Part shown: positions 29,463 through 42,084 of the stretch, one piece after another | Numbering within the stretch: position 1 is the stretch's first letter | How the letters are laid out: each line of letters opens with the position of its first letter | Assembly (NCBI GenBank): GCA_965240325.2 | Contig: OZ251226.1 | Span: 2,170,001-2,234,000, forward strand | Source: Rebecca billardiae RCC1528 | Taxonomy: Eukaryota > Protista > Haptophyta | Direction of reading: 5' to 3' | DNA: 64,000 nucleotides | Translations under genes and position numbers: made by a program | Notes under the pieces: generated by a model | The model's database searches: none | Told to the model about the DNA's origin: nothing | The model's input: the letters and a program-made list of their open reading frames with translations, nothing else

Positions 29463-31338
29463 ATGTGGTGGTCCTCTGTGACCACCAACATCCTCCTCTT
29501 CCTGCTCATATTTGGCATCTCCGGCACCGTGGATGTGACCTCGTTCCGCTCGCGACTGCAGGACTACAAGTCGCTGGTCGTCGGTGTCGGATGTCAGTTT
29601 GTCATCTTGCCACTGGTGGGATTCGCAGTCGTGCGCACGCTCCAACTCCCGCCGATGTACGGGCTCGTGCTCCTTGTCGTAGTCAGCTCGCCCGGCGGCT
29701 CGTACTCGAATTGGTGGTGCTCGCTCTGCAACGCCGACCTCGCGCTCAGCGTCGCGATGACCACGATCTCCACGATCGCGAGCGTCGGGCTGCTCCCGCT
29801 CAACATCCTCGTGTACGTGAACGCGAGCTATGACGAGGAGGTGCGAATCTCCTGGGCGGCGCTGCTCATCCCGATCCTCGTCGTCGTCTGCGCGATCTTC
29901 CTCGGGCTGTACGCTGGCCTCAAGATGCCGCACAGGCGCAACCAGCTCAACGCGCTCGGCAACGTGTGCGGCATCGCGCTGATCGCGATCGGCGCCGTGT
30001 TCAACGGGAACTCGGACGTGCCGCTCTGGTCCCACTCGCGCATTTTCTACATCGCCGTGGGCATGCCGTGCATCCTCGGCGCCATCCTCTCGTTTGCGCT
30101 CTCCGCTTCGCTCCGCATCAACAAGCCGGCCGCAGTGGCGATCACGATCGAGGTCTGCTATCAGAATACGGGCATCGCGCTCACTGTGCGTGCACGCGCA
30201 CAAGCGCGCCAGGCGCTGAGCGGCGGACTCACGCGGCGCCTCACCGGCGTGCCTCCTCCCCACCCCATCTCGACGCCCGCGGTGCTCCCTCCAGGTTGCT
30301 CTCTCCACATTCGACGAGCAGACGGCCGCGATCGCTGCCGGCGTGCCTCTCTTCTACGCGCTCGTGCAGGTCGTGCTGATCGCCTCGTTCGCCCTGCTCT
30401 CCTGGCGGATGGGCTGGACGTACTGCGAGCCGAAGGTGGGCTTGGTGCGATGCGTGACCACGGACTACCAGCCGCACGCACCCGTCGCGGACGAGGCTGA
30501 CGCCGGCAACGAGGAGGCCGCACGCCCAGCATCGCCGGCGCACGGCACGGCGCGCGTCGCGCCCCTGGAGGAGCCAGGTGCCGCGCCCGTGCCAGCGGAG
30601 ATGGAGCGGCCCGTGGCTGCGGATGCGGATGCGGGGCGCGAGGGGAGCGATCGACAGCGCGTGACGTACGTCCAAGTCGAGCGCCGCGAGGTGACGACCT
30701 ACGCCACCACAGAGCTCGGCGGAGACGAGGGGGCGCCCGATGCGGCATCAAGCTGGTCGATGCCGTCGACTGTCGCACGACGCATGATGGCGCAGCTGCG
30801 ATTGCCCGCACTGCCGGTGCGGCCGATGCCGCCCGCCGACCCGACGGTGCCCGTGGGTGGCACGCAGCTGCCGCCGCCGCGAGCGCCGCCTGCGCATCCT
30901 CTCTCCCCGCGCGGCGAGGCCGTCGGCTCGCCAAAGCTGCCGCCGATCTCGCCTGGCGCAGCGGCGCGCCACGCAGGAGCAGCGCATCATCGGCAGCCCG
31001 AGGCGGATCGCGTCTGGGGTTGCGAGCCCGCGGTATCCGCGGCGGCTCCGCGTCACCAAGGGCCTGCGGCCTGCTCGCGATCGACGCACCCACGTTCGGC
31101 GATGCCCTTGCACGCATCAGACGGCGCGTCAGCGCTGCCGGGCTCCGTCGCCAATACTGGCTCGTCCTTTGAGCTGCAGCACGCCCAGTCTTTGCGAGAA
31201 ATGCCGATCTACCAGCGAGCAGGGCATCCGCAGTCAGACGACACCCTCGACGTGGATGCGGTGCCGGTGCGCCGCGGGCCCAAGAGGCACGCGTCGGTGG
31301 GCAGCTTGAACCTCGACCACGGGCACGGTTCATCGTGA
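29463..31338 (+). CDS. Bile acid:sodium symporter (SLC10/BASS) family; intron 30186-30294
   Basis: QFVILPLVGF and SPGGSYSNWW...ADLALSVAMT. The spliced junction gives IEVCYQNTGIALTVALSTF...GVPLFY. Low-complexity C-terminal tail. Confidence 0.9.
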
Positions 31339-31420
31339 TACCGTACTTCCGACTTCGCAGTCCGCTTTGGCTTCTAGCTGTCAGGCTGGCACTGTACTTG
31401 TAGACTCATATCTATTATAT

Positions 31421-33081
31421 GATCGGCTACGCCGATCTTCGGGTAGTGAACAACGAAGTTGACGGCGCACGGCCCTATAGTGGCTAGTTGTCGCGTTCTG
31501 TCTTATTCGTCACGAATCACGCAGCTTGTGAATGTGAGCAGCAGCCGGCTTGTGACGACACGGTCGGACGGTCGGACGGTGCCATGCGCCGAATGCAGCC
31601 GAGTCACTGGCGAGTCCGACAGCCGGGCGGCGGCGCCGGGGGTGCACGCGAGCTCGCACGCGCGTTGTGTGCGCAGCCGCGCTGCGCGCAGAGCAGCCAC
31701 TCAGCGCCGCGCCCGACCACTACGCGAGAAGCCGCTGCGCCGCGCGCAGCGGCAGCAGCGGCGCCTCCGCAGCGCGCGCCGAGCCGCCACCTCCCGCCCG
31801 CCTCACGGCCGCGGCCGCGGCGCGCGAGCGACTTGCGGCTTGCGGCGGCGGCGGGCAGCGGCGGCGCGGCGAGCGCGCACAGCGGCCCCTCGAGCGTGCG
31901 GCCGAGCGCCGCCGCGTACGTCGGGTCGCGCGCCGCGCGCCGTCGCCCACACGGCAGCAGCCCCGCGTGCGCCGCCGTCTGCCACGAGGGCGCGGAGCAC
32001 GGTGGTGCACACATTTTGGAGGCGCGCGCCGTCGAGGCGCGGGACGGGCGGGAGGGCGGACGGGGGCGGGAGGAGCGGCGGCGGCGGCGGCGGCGCGTTG
32101 CGCGAGCCGCAGCGTACGCCCGCGCCGATCTTGAATCTCGACGGCGGCGGTGCGGCGGCCGTGGCAGCGCGTGCGCGCGCGTTGACCAACGGCGGCGCGG
32201 CCTCTGCCGTCTGCGACGGCGGCACGGTGCGGCAAGGGCAGCGGCGGCGCGACGGCGTCGGCGGTGGCGCGCTCGCACAGCGTCTGCCGCCCGCGTGCGC
32301 CGCCGTCGTCGCCGTCGTCGCCGCGACGGCGGCACTGTGCGCCGACCGGTTAGCGCCCTCCGGCTCCGCCCCTGCGCTGACTGACTGACGGGACGCCGAG
32401 GAGTTGACGGAGGGCGTGCGCGCGAGGTCGGCGGCGGTGTGCGCGGCGGCGCTGGGCGAGTGCGCCAGCTTCTCGGGCAGCGCATGCCCCGCCGCGCGCC
32501 TGCCGCCGCCCAGGCTCCCCGGCGCTCGGCCGCGCGCCACGCCGCCGCGCGCGCGCACGGGGCGGCACGTGCGCACGGCGGCACCCGCGACGGAACATGA
32601 CGCCTCGCGATCTGAATCGTCACGCGACTTATGCTGGTAGTCTTATTTTCGATCACACCCGCATTGGCTTCGGAATCAGTTTGCAATAAGGGGTGAGGAA
32701 TCTTGAATGACAATCGCAATAATTGCCCTTCCGCTCAGGCTGTCTAGGACACACTCACTACACTTCTTTCATCAGAGAGCTCTTAATCCTCGCAGATAAA
32801 GATTTCGAATCCCACCCGCATTGGGCCAAGAAGCCAATAACAGATGACTTCGTCCTATTTGCTTCCGATTTCTTCTATTACTTACTATCCAAGGATTAAG
32901 GAGCAGTACAAACGCAATCATGAGCAGCGAAATGGACTCAAATGCTCGGTTTCACACCTAAATCCACCTACAAAAATCCCCCCAAATCCTGCGCGCATCC
33001 TCTTTTTTGATTTTGCGGAGCACGTGCGCCGCCCCCCCCGGCTTTCGCTCACGCTCAGACCTTTCGGGGGGGCCGTGCGCC
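31421..33081 (-). mobile_element. Non-autonomous Helentron-like element, family 2 copy B
   Basis: Hairpin GATCGGC-TAC-GCCGATC (31421-31437). GGCGCACGGCCC (31464-31475) is inverted to GGGCCGTGCGCC (33070-33081). Blocks of homology to 21158-23092. Confidence 0.7.
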
Positions 33082-33577
33082 ATGATAAGTATAGTGACCG
33101 CTCACTATTTAGACGACTGATATAACGGTGGTATTATCACTCTCCCTCTGTCTCTCCGAATCTCTCTCTCTCTCTCTATCGTCATCACAGTCAAGCTGAA
33201 TAATTAGTGCCACTGGCATGTGCCATTGACATTAATCATTTGTGGCATCACTATATATCAGCCGCACTGCGCATGGGCCATGGCCCGATGCGCAGACTGT
33301 TAAAAGTAAAATACGGCCGACGACTGATCAGCTTACGTCCGGCAGAGCCAACGGTCGAGAGAGCCCGCTGCTACCGTACTAATACTACTAGCCTGTCCGG
33401 CTGCACTGACAATGACCTGTAGCCGGACACTGTATGTGATGATGCATGACGATGATATATGCGAATGTTTGACTGCCACTGGCACTTGTCTGTGATTATT
33501 GTGTGAAGACTCTATACTCTCTAGTAGACTTGCAGTGACACTGCCCGGAGACAGTCTGAGAGTACGGTGCCGGCGTC

Positions 33578-34965
<1,388 letters not shown>

Positions 34966-35153
34966 ATAATTAACAAATTATAATGCTTCGTCAATGTCTT
35001 ATTAGGTTTGAACTGACTACTGAGTAACGTATACTCGCCATGTGACAGTGCGCGCATGACCGCGGATGAGAGTCATGAGATACCATCAGCGTTAATCATG
35101 ATGCCGAGAGCTGATTCAGCCGGCGCTGGCGCCTGGCTCCTGGACCTGGTCAG

Positions 35154-36386
35154 TCACCAGGGGAGGTACTTGAGTGGGTACGTAACCGTGTATGACGCGG
35201 CGAGGGTTGCATGCTTGGCGAGGTACTGTTCAACGTGATCGCGTTGCCGCGCAGCCTCGCCATGTGAGTTGCCGGACGCGCTCTTGATACCACCAAACGC
35301 CTCCCCCAGGGCACACTGGTGTGTGCGGTTCGTCGTGGCCACGCAGCGCTGCCGCACGACCTCGGGCATGACTGCTTCGTCACGGCATTCGGCGAAGACG
35401 TCGCCTGCCGTGCTCGTGTACGCCAGCACCTTGCCGAGCTGGCGCAGCCGTTTGGTGTCGGCCCTCCTCGTGAATTGGCCAGGTCTGCACTCGGCCCCGA
35501 CCAAGTACCACGGCTTGACGAACATGTGTACAAGCGGGTATCGCACGGGCGGCGGCTGCGACGAGCCAGATAGGTTGCGCCACACACTGGAACTCGACTC
35601 CTCTGGCAACCAGCCCAGGTCGACCCCCTTCTCGCGCACCACCCTGAACTCGTGGAAGAACATGCCCTGGTCAATGTTGTTGCCCACAAAAAGCCACTTG
35701 TCCTCGTTGAGCATGTGCAGCCGTTGCCTGGGCTTGGAGCGCCAGACTGAGTCGTTGCGCGGGATGGCCACGCTCGGCGCGCCGACCTGGTCCCATCCCA
35801 CGCTCACGTTGAAGCGCAGCGGGCTGTTCCTCGAGAGCAGAGCGACGCCCTCCTCGTACAACTCGGAAGAGGGGCGGACGATCATCAGGCCCGCATTGAC
35901 AGGCGACGAGTGGTCGCGCCTGGAAGCCAGCAGCATGCCGCGGGCGCGCATGCGCTCGAAGGTGTCCAGCCAGTCGGCAGCGATTGCTAGCGGCTGGTTC
36001 CACACTCTTGGGATCAGCAAGTCCATGTCCATGTCCGTCATGATCACAAACTCAACATCGACAATGCTGACAGCCATCCACTTGAGCAGCGTGACGATCT
36101 TCATCGATGGTTGGGACCTCTTGGGGAGGGTGCGCCGCAGGCGCAAGGGGGCCAATCGGTAGGTGCGGATGAGCACGCCACGCTCGCTGAGGCTCGCATT
36201 GGAGATCTCGTGTCGGCACTGCGTCACGACGTCAATCGCCATCGGCCGGCTGCTCGCGTTCTGCAAGACCCCTGCAAGCCGATCCGCACGCGACATCCAG
36301 AAGGCCAGCGGACACGTGGTCAACTGGAGCTCGCATGTGAAAGAAGCCAGCAGGAACACGCTGGCGAGGAAACGCGGCTCGCTCAT
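35154..36386 (-). CDS. GT8-like glycosyltransferase
   Basis: DxD motif (TDMDMD), PVNAGLMIVRPSSELY, DQGMF and HMFVKPW. N-terminal hydrophobic segment. Confidence 0.75.
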   Translation of the reverse strand: MSEPRFLASVFLLASFTCELQLTTCPLAFWMSRADRLAGVLQNASSRPMAIDVVTQCRHEISNASLSERGVLIRTYRLAPLRLRRTLPKRSQPSMKIVTLLKWMAVSIVDVEFVIMTDMDMDLLIPRVWNQPLAIAADWLDTFERMRARGMLLASRRDHSSPVNAGLMIVRPSSELYEEGVALLSRNSPLRFNVSVGWDQVGAPSVAIPRNDSVWRSKPRQRLHMLNEDKWLFVGNNIDQGMFFHEFRVVREKGVDLGWLPEESSSSVWRNLSGSSQPPPVRYPLVHMFVKPWYLVGAECRPGQFTRRADTKRLRQLGKVLAYTSTAGDVFAECRDEAVMPEVVRQRCVATTNRTHQCALGEAFGGIKSASGNSHGEAARQRDHVEQYLAKHATLAASYTVTYPLKYLPW

Positions 36387-36522
36387 CGTTCGAGGCGGGC
36401 GGCGGGCGAGTGGCGTGTCGATGGCAGCGCGGCCTCAGTGCATAGGGCACATCGACTTGCGCGCGCACTCGCGCGGCGAGGGCGGTGGGGGCTTTGGCGA
36501 TTTACTTTTGAAACAATTCATT

Positions 36523-36913
36523 TCAATCTCGCCTGCCTGAGCTGTGTGCCTCTCTTATTCTTAGTAAACTGTACGATGCCCACCGACCGACTCACTGCTC
36601 AGTGTGCTCACCAGCACCGTGACACCAAACTCCAAAGCCCCTTGCATTCCTTTGCTCCGACTCACAGTACAGTACATGCCGCTTGATACACACCTTCCCC
36701 AACCGACAGTGGGGCTCCACATTCCTTACTACTGGTACATCCTCATCCTGTCGGCGCGCTGTCGCATCGGCGCCCAGTCGGCGAGTTCGGACGACGACGT
36801 TTTGTGGACGACGGTGGGGCGAGGACGGGACGGCTTCATGGGCGGTGACAGTTGGCGGGCGTCAATCTCGCCTGCCTGAGCTGTGTGCGTCTCTTATTCT
36901 TAGAGAACTGTAC
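36523..36913 (+). repeat. Pair of ~52-bp direct repeats (36523-36574, 36862-36913)
   Basis: TCAATCTCGCCTGCCTGAGCTGTGTGC(C/G)TCTCTTATTCTTAG..AACTGTAC occurs twice, followed by a short (AT)n run. Confidence 0.85.
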
Positions 36914-36918
36914 TTACC

Positions 36919-36952
<34 letters not shown>

Positions 36953-37284
36953 TAAGTAGTAGTACTAGTTGTCTCTTTAGTCGCTGACTTAGTGACTACA
37001 CTCGACCTCACGAGTACTGCTGTATAGTGTATATGAAGTACGACGGCGGTACAGTACCGGGATTGAGACTGGTAGTGGTGAGTACTGTTGACACTAAGAC
37101 TGAGTCAGAGTCAGATCTCATCTGGAGACTCTTGTCCATGACCACGCTGCACAAGGTCACGCATGAGACATGAGTCGCATGACTTCCGAACGGCCTCGGC
37201 GATCACCGCGATGGTGACAATAGCGAACATCAGGCAAGCACTGAATGGTACGCCGAGCTCAGAGCGAGCGGCGCGCGCAACACC

Positions 37285-38094
37285 TCATGACAGCGTCCTC
37301 GCCAGCGCCTCGATCTCTGGGTACCGTGCCACGCCCTCGATGGAGTCATCGAGCAGCCCTGCAACGATCGACTTGCCAAGGGCCTCGACACGCACGGTTT
37401 TATCGACGAAGGGGACGCCGAGGGCTGACAGCACGTTGAAGACCGGAATCACCGGCAGAACATCGAGCTTCTTCCAGTTCCAGATGAGAGACGGCCGGTA
37501 GATCACCGGCCGCAGCTGCTTGGTGTTCGCGGCCAGGCGTGCTTCCACCGCGCGCTTTGCGCTCAGGTACTTCACGAGCCATTCAGGGGCGACCTTCTCG
37601 ACGTCAGGGCCAAGCGCAACCTCAGGCCAGCCGGCTTCAGCGGCAGAGACGAAGCACAACGGCGGGCGGCCGCGCCGCTTCGCCATGGCGCCAATCAGGT
37701 TGAAGGCAGTCTCACGCGTGATGCGGTCGTAGGTGGACTCACTGCCGGGCACAGAGCCAGAGCCCGACACGATGATGTTGAGGTTCGCGAGGCCAGACTC
37801 CGCGTCAAACAAGAGACCGATCGCATGCACGGCCGAGTCCGCTTGGCGAGCGAGCTCGTCCACCGTGCGTGCGTCCGCCGCATCGCCTGACACCCAGTTG
37901 ACCTGCGAGAGCTCTGAGCTCTGGGGCTCGGGGTTCTCGCCGCGCCGAGAGAGCGAGGTGACGCTGAAGCCCTGCTGCACCGCGTTTCGACACACCTCGC
38001 GACCCACAAAGCCCGAGCCGCCCAGCACCAGCACCGAACGCCCACCGGATACAGCTGCGAGAGCACCAAGCGCGAGCGGAATGAAGGACGACAT
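37285..38094 (-). CDS. NAD(P)-binding Rossmann-fold protein (atypical SDR/epimerase-like)
   Basis: VLGGSGFVGREVC, SLSRRG, FVSAA, YLSAKRAVE and IYRPSLI. Confidence 0.9.
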   Translation of the reverse strand: MSSFIPLALGALAAVSGGRSVLVLGGSGFVGREVCRNAVQQGFSVTSLSRRGENPEPQSSELSQVNWVSGDAADARTVDELARQADSAVHAIGLLFDAESGLANLNIIVSGSGSVPGSESTYDRITRETAFNLIGAMAKRRGRPPLCFVSAAEAGWPEVALGPDVEKVAPEWLVKYLSAKRAVEARLAANTKQLRPVIYRPSLIWNWKKLDVLPVIPVFNVLSALGVPFVDKTVRVEALGKSIVAGLLDDSIEGVARYPEIEALARTLS

Positions 38095-38227
38095 CGCGCG
38101 TCGTCGTCGATGGGATGCGTCGAAGGTTCAGGAGAGCTTTGCGGGCGCGCGGGCGACAAACCGTCGTCGCGCAAGCACTTTAGTCCGGGGCGCGCGGCCG
38201 CCATCGTGATTGGGCACAACCGTGCCA

Positions 38228-38793
38228 TGGAGGACCTGTCGCCGCGAGGGGAGCAGGGTCCCCTGGTGCCACGCGGCGGCGGTGGGGGGGGCTCCGGCGG
38301 GCGGCGTGGCGAGCGTGGATCGAGAGCACGCACGCCCGACGGCAGGCGACGCGAGCGCAAGCCCTCTCGTGAACGTGCTCGGGGCGATCGCCAGAACACG
38401 CCCACGCGCGCGAGGCCGACGGCCGGCGATTCGCTCGCGCATCCACATGCGTCCGAGACCGCGCCACCTGCCGGCGTATCCACCTCGTCTGCACACGAGC
38501 ATCTTGCCGCTGAGCTTGCATCTGGCTGCAATATCGCCCCGGCGGCAGCCGATACCGCTCCAGTGCAAAGGAGAGCCGCTCCCCTGCGTGGGCCGACAGC
38601 AGACCTCAGCGCAACAGGTGAAGCCCGCACCGGGCCGCCCGTGCCACCGGGGCCATCGGTTCGGGCACTTCCGAGCAAAGAGGGCAAGAGATCGCCAGCC
38701 AAGGCCCGACCTCGCAGCCGAGGGCGCACGCCCGAGAGGAAAGGGCGCGATCGGCAGGCTACGCCAGTGCGCCAACGGCCAGGCGAGGACTAG
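38228..38793 (+). CDS. Hypothetical low-complexity protein
   Basis: ATG in GCCATGG context, divergent from the SDR gene. No domain recognised. Confidence 0.3.
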
Positions 38794-39441
38794 CAGTGAT
38801 GGATCCCATCAGCGAGGCTCACCCGGGCAATAATGATCGTACCAGCATGGCAGCATCGCCTCTGGGCAAGAGAAGCGCACTTTGTGAGGGCGATGGCATT
38901 GTGCACGTGCGGCTGCTCGGATCGTGAGCCGCTCGGGCATTGCCCGTGGCACTCGTCCAAAGCGCCGCGCCGGGTAACTGCCGACGTGGCCCCGCGGCAT
39001 CATCACAGATCACTGCGACCGATCGAGCACGCTGCTGCTCTGCCAATTAGTAGTCGTAGACAGTAGTCTGGCTACTAGTGAAGCGCAGGGATAGATGTAC
39101 GTACGTAGTAGGAGTTGGCAGCACAGCACCGCATCAGCACAGCTGCGCGGACCGGGCTGACGGTGCGTAGGATACCGTTCGATCAGATTGTCCATTGATG
39201 ATGACTAATTGAGTCATCATCAATGACGACGACTGCTACTGCTTACTAACTTTACTAATAAGTCATCACAAGCGTTATTATAATTCGTCATGATTATGAA
39301 TCAGTGATGAGTCTGTCAGAACTAGCGCGATCCAGCGTGCGATGGGCCGCCGATGGCTCGCGCACGTCCGGCAGACTCCGTCGTGATCGATGACGATGAC
39401 GATGATGATGATGACCGCCGTGATGCTGCTGCCGCTCGTCA

Positions 39442-40126
39442 TCATGTCGTGGGTTGCGCCCCAGCAAGGGCGGCCGCGTGCGCGGCCAGCTGGCCGGAGG
39501 GATCGGCACCCGACGCCGACGGCGCGCGAGTCCGCGAGCCGCGCCGCTGCTTGGCACCCAACCCGACAGCGGCCGCGCGGCCCGAGGGCGGCTCCGAGCT
39601 CGAGCGTGGCGGGCGCGTGTGTGGCACGAAGAGCGCGTTCGGCGAGGGGTCGCCGCGTGTGGGCGAGCCCGCCGTCGCCATGCGCGGCCCCACCGTCGGC
39701 GCGCCGTCCGCCGTCGGAGGCGGCGCGTGCAGGGCCAGACCGCGGAAGGCGCGGCGCGCCTTTGTCAGCAGCTGCGGCGCCGGGACCGTGGTCGATGGCG
39801 ATGAGCGCCTGACGGTGGGGTCGCGGCCGCCTGCGGAGCCCGCGCCGTCGCTGACGGGGCTGGCTGAGTCCGCCGCGCTGACCACCGGGCCACCCGTGTA
39901 CAGCTTGAGCTTCTCCTCCACCATCGTGAACGCGTCGAGCAGTGCGCTCGTGTAGGGGTCGGCGCCTGCGCCGCCGCCCGCGCCCGGCGCGCCGTCCGCA
40001 GCCGCGCCCGCCGCTGCGTCCGCACCGGACAGGTTGTCCTTGAGCTGACGGAGCCAGAGCCAGAACATCTCGTGCGCGTCGGTGGCGGCGAGGAGCTCGG
40101 CCCTCAGCGCCGTCGCCTGGTGGGAC
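39442..40126 (-). pseudogene. Detached 3' part of the kinesin gene
   Basis: Joins in frame with 56152-59564 when the PLV is removed, giving ...EADEL-SHQATALRAELL... with continuous coiled-coil character. Confidence 0.85.
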
Positions 40127-40408
40127 GTGTGTGGGGGTATACGGTGCCGCCACCCCACCCCGCCTCCCCAGCCCTCCCCCGAGCCTACGACTCATCATCC
40201 CCGGTTCTCAGTCGAGCCACATCGAGCCACATCGAGCCACCCCGCCGCCACCCCACCCCGCCTCCCCAGCCCTCCCCAGCCCTCCCCAGCCCTCCCCAGC
40301 CCTCCCCAGCCCTCCTCCGAGCCTTCGTCATCCCCGATTCTCAGTCGACCCCCGCCGAGCCTTCGGTGCCACCACCCCGCCGAGCCTTCGGTGCCACCAC
40401 CCCGCCGC
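40127..40408 (+). repeat. Left TIR (282 bp, starts GTGTGTGGGGG)
   Basis: Reverse complement of 55870-56151. Contains five CCTCCCCAGC units (40261-40310). Confidence 0.95.
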
Positions 40409-40580
40409 ATCCACGTCCCACGAGCCACCATCCCACCACGAGCCCCGAGCCGCCCCACGAAGCCCCACGAAGCCCCACGAAGCCCCACCGTACTGAACTC
40501 ATTTTTGAGCATTCCCTCGGCCCCTCGTGGCTGACGACGAAACACTTGCGCCCTGGCCGCGTCACTAAGGTTTCGTCGGA

Positions 40581-40846
40581 CGCCCTCACAGAGCCCCACG
40601 AAGCCCCACGAAGCCCCCACGAAGGCGGTTCGTAGTTAAAGACAAGCGGTCTAGGTGAAAAAGCGCCCTCACAGAGCCCCACGAAGCCCCCACGAAGCCC
40701 GTGGCGGTTCGTAGTTAAAGACAAGCGGTCTAGGTGAAAAAGCGCCCTCACAGAGCCCCACGAAGCCCCACGAAGCCCGTGGCGGTTCGTAGTTAAAGAC
40801 AAGCGGCCTAGGTGAAAAGCGCGCTCACGGAGCCCCACGAAGCCAC
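40581..40846 (+). repeat. Subterminal tandem repeat, about 3 x ~79 bp, with nested GAAGCCCCAC units
   Basis: GGCGGTTCGTAGTTAAAGACAAGCGG(T/C)CTAGGTGAAAA occurs three times. Confidence 0.9.
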
Positions 40847-41278
40847 GCACCGCGCGATGGTTACCCCAACGGTCTCGCTCCCGCTCGACCGTGACTCGAC
40901 GTGGCTCGACGAGGGCCGGCGCACGGAGGTGCGCAAGCCATCGGGTAAGTACCTGAGCGACCATCACGCTTCGCGACGGCTACCTGAGCAAGCGCCTCCA
41001 GCGCACTCGCACCTTTGATCTCATCGACATCGAGCTGCTCGATGCTGAGGCCTACATCAAACTGTACGATACGCCTGTGTTCGAGGTAGCCGATGCGGTG
41101 CGCGGCATGGCCATCAAGGGCAAGGTAATCGTGTACCACTTCCGCTAAGAAGGCTTCTTTAGCGGTGTCGCCTTAGGAGCAGGCATCAAGAACGCAATCC
41201 AAATGAACTGGCCAATGCTGGTTCCGGCTACAAGCGCAAACAGCAGAGCACACCACATAGGAGCGGCTAAGATTTCAA

Positions 41279-42067
41279 TTAAGACCCACGAAGTGCTGCC
41301 AGCGCCTCGGCAGCATCCCTCTCTCGCATGATTTCTCGAACGAGATTTATTCTTATCTTTAGATTTGCCGCAATTGTCTGCTCTAGAATTTCGGGAGTCC
41401 AGCCCAGCTGATTAGATCTCGCTAAGAAGTTATCGAGGTATGATATGATTCTGCCTTCGGCAATCTTCTTGTTAGTAGTTCGAGTGGAGCTTCTGACCAC
41501 AGGTAGTTCATTATCAACGGACGAACCCCCAGACGAGTCCGGCACTGGCGGGACTCTGACAGAACTCGAGCGGCTTGGTCCGGCGGGGGAAGGCGTCGCG
41601 GGTACGAGGATCTTCGCGGGCGTTGCGGGCGCGGGTCTCCCCGCAGGACGATTGGCGGAGTCAGAGCTCGTCATAGTAGGCGCCGGCTGAGAGCGCACCA
41701 CCAGCCGCGAGATTGGCTGACCGCTGGCATCGCGTTGCGGGAATTTTAGGTGCTTCGCATCGTAGTGGCCCTCATCCGTCGTGAACTGGCCGAGGTCGTA
41801 CACGCCGGGGGCGACGCGCCCAAAGCTGGTCTTGGTCTTGGTAGGCGGGCCTCGCCTGGCGATCGTGACCAGCGCAGGCAATATCATGGGTTTCTTATGA
41901 TGCACGAGCTTGCGCGAGCTTGGACCTGGATGCAAGCCTGACCACCAGCCGTCTTTCTTGCCACGGTGGTGCATGGCACCGGCATACGGCGTGCCGTTCA
42001 GCGTGAAGTGAGTCACTCGCGCTGGCACCGTGTCGCGGAAGGTATGATGATGGACTGCAGTCGCCAT
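41279..42067 (-). CDS. PLV hypothetical protein
   Basis: 262-aa ORF with CAATAACATG start context, 17 bp downstream of the ATPase gene. Confidence 0.7.
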   Translation of the reverse strand: MATAVHHHTFRDTVPARVTHFTLNGTPYAGAMHHRGKKDGWWSGLHPGPSSRKLVHHKKPMILPALVTIARRGPPTKTKTSFGRVAPGVYDLGQFTTDEGHYDAKHLKFPQRDASGQPISRLVVRSQPAPTMTSSDSANRPAGRPAPATPAKILVPATPSPAGPSRSSSVRVPPVPDSSGGSSVDNELPVVRSSTRTTNKKIAEGRIISYLDNFLARSNQLGWTPEILEQTIAANLKIRINLVREIMRERDAAEALAALRGS

Positions 42068-42084
42068 GTTATTGCTACCGCGGA

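Noticed and set aside
40115-40126. 5-6 bp TSD around the PLV
   Set aside because: The left flank (TGGGAC) and right flank (AGCTCG) do not match, and the kinesin frame is restored without removing any duplication.
40581-40846. CRISPR-like array
   Set aside because: The intervening sequences are themselves repeats, not unique spacers. No cas genes, and the context is eukaryotic.
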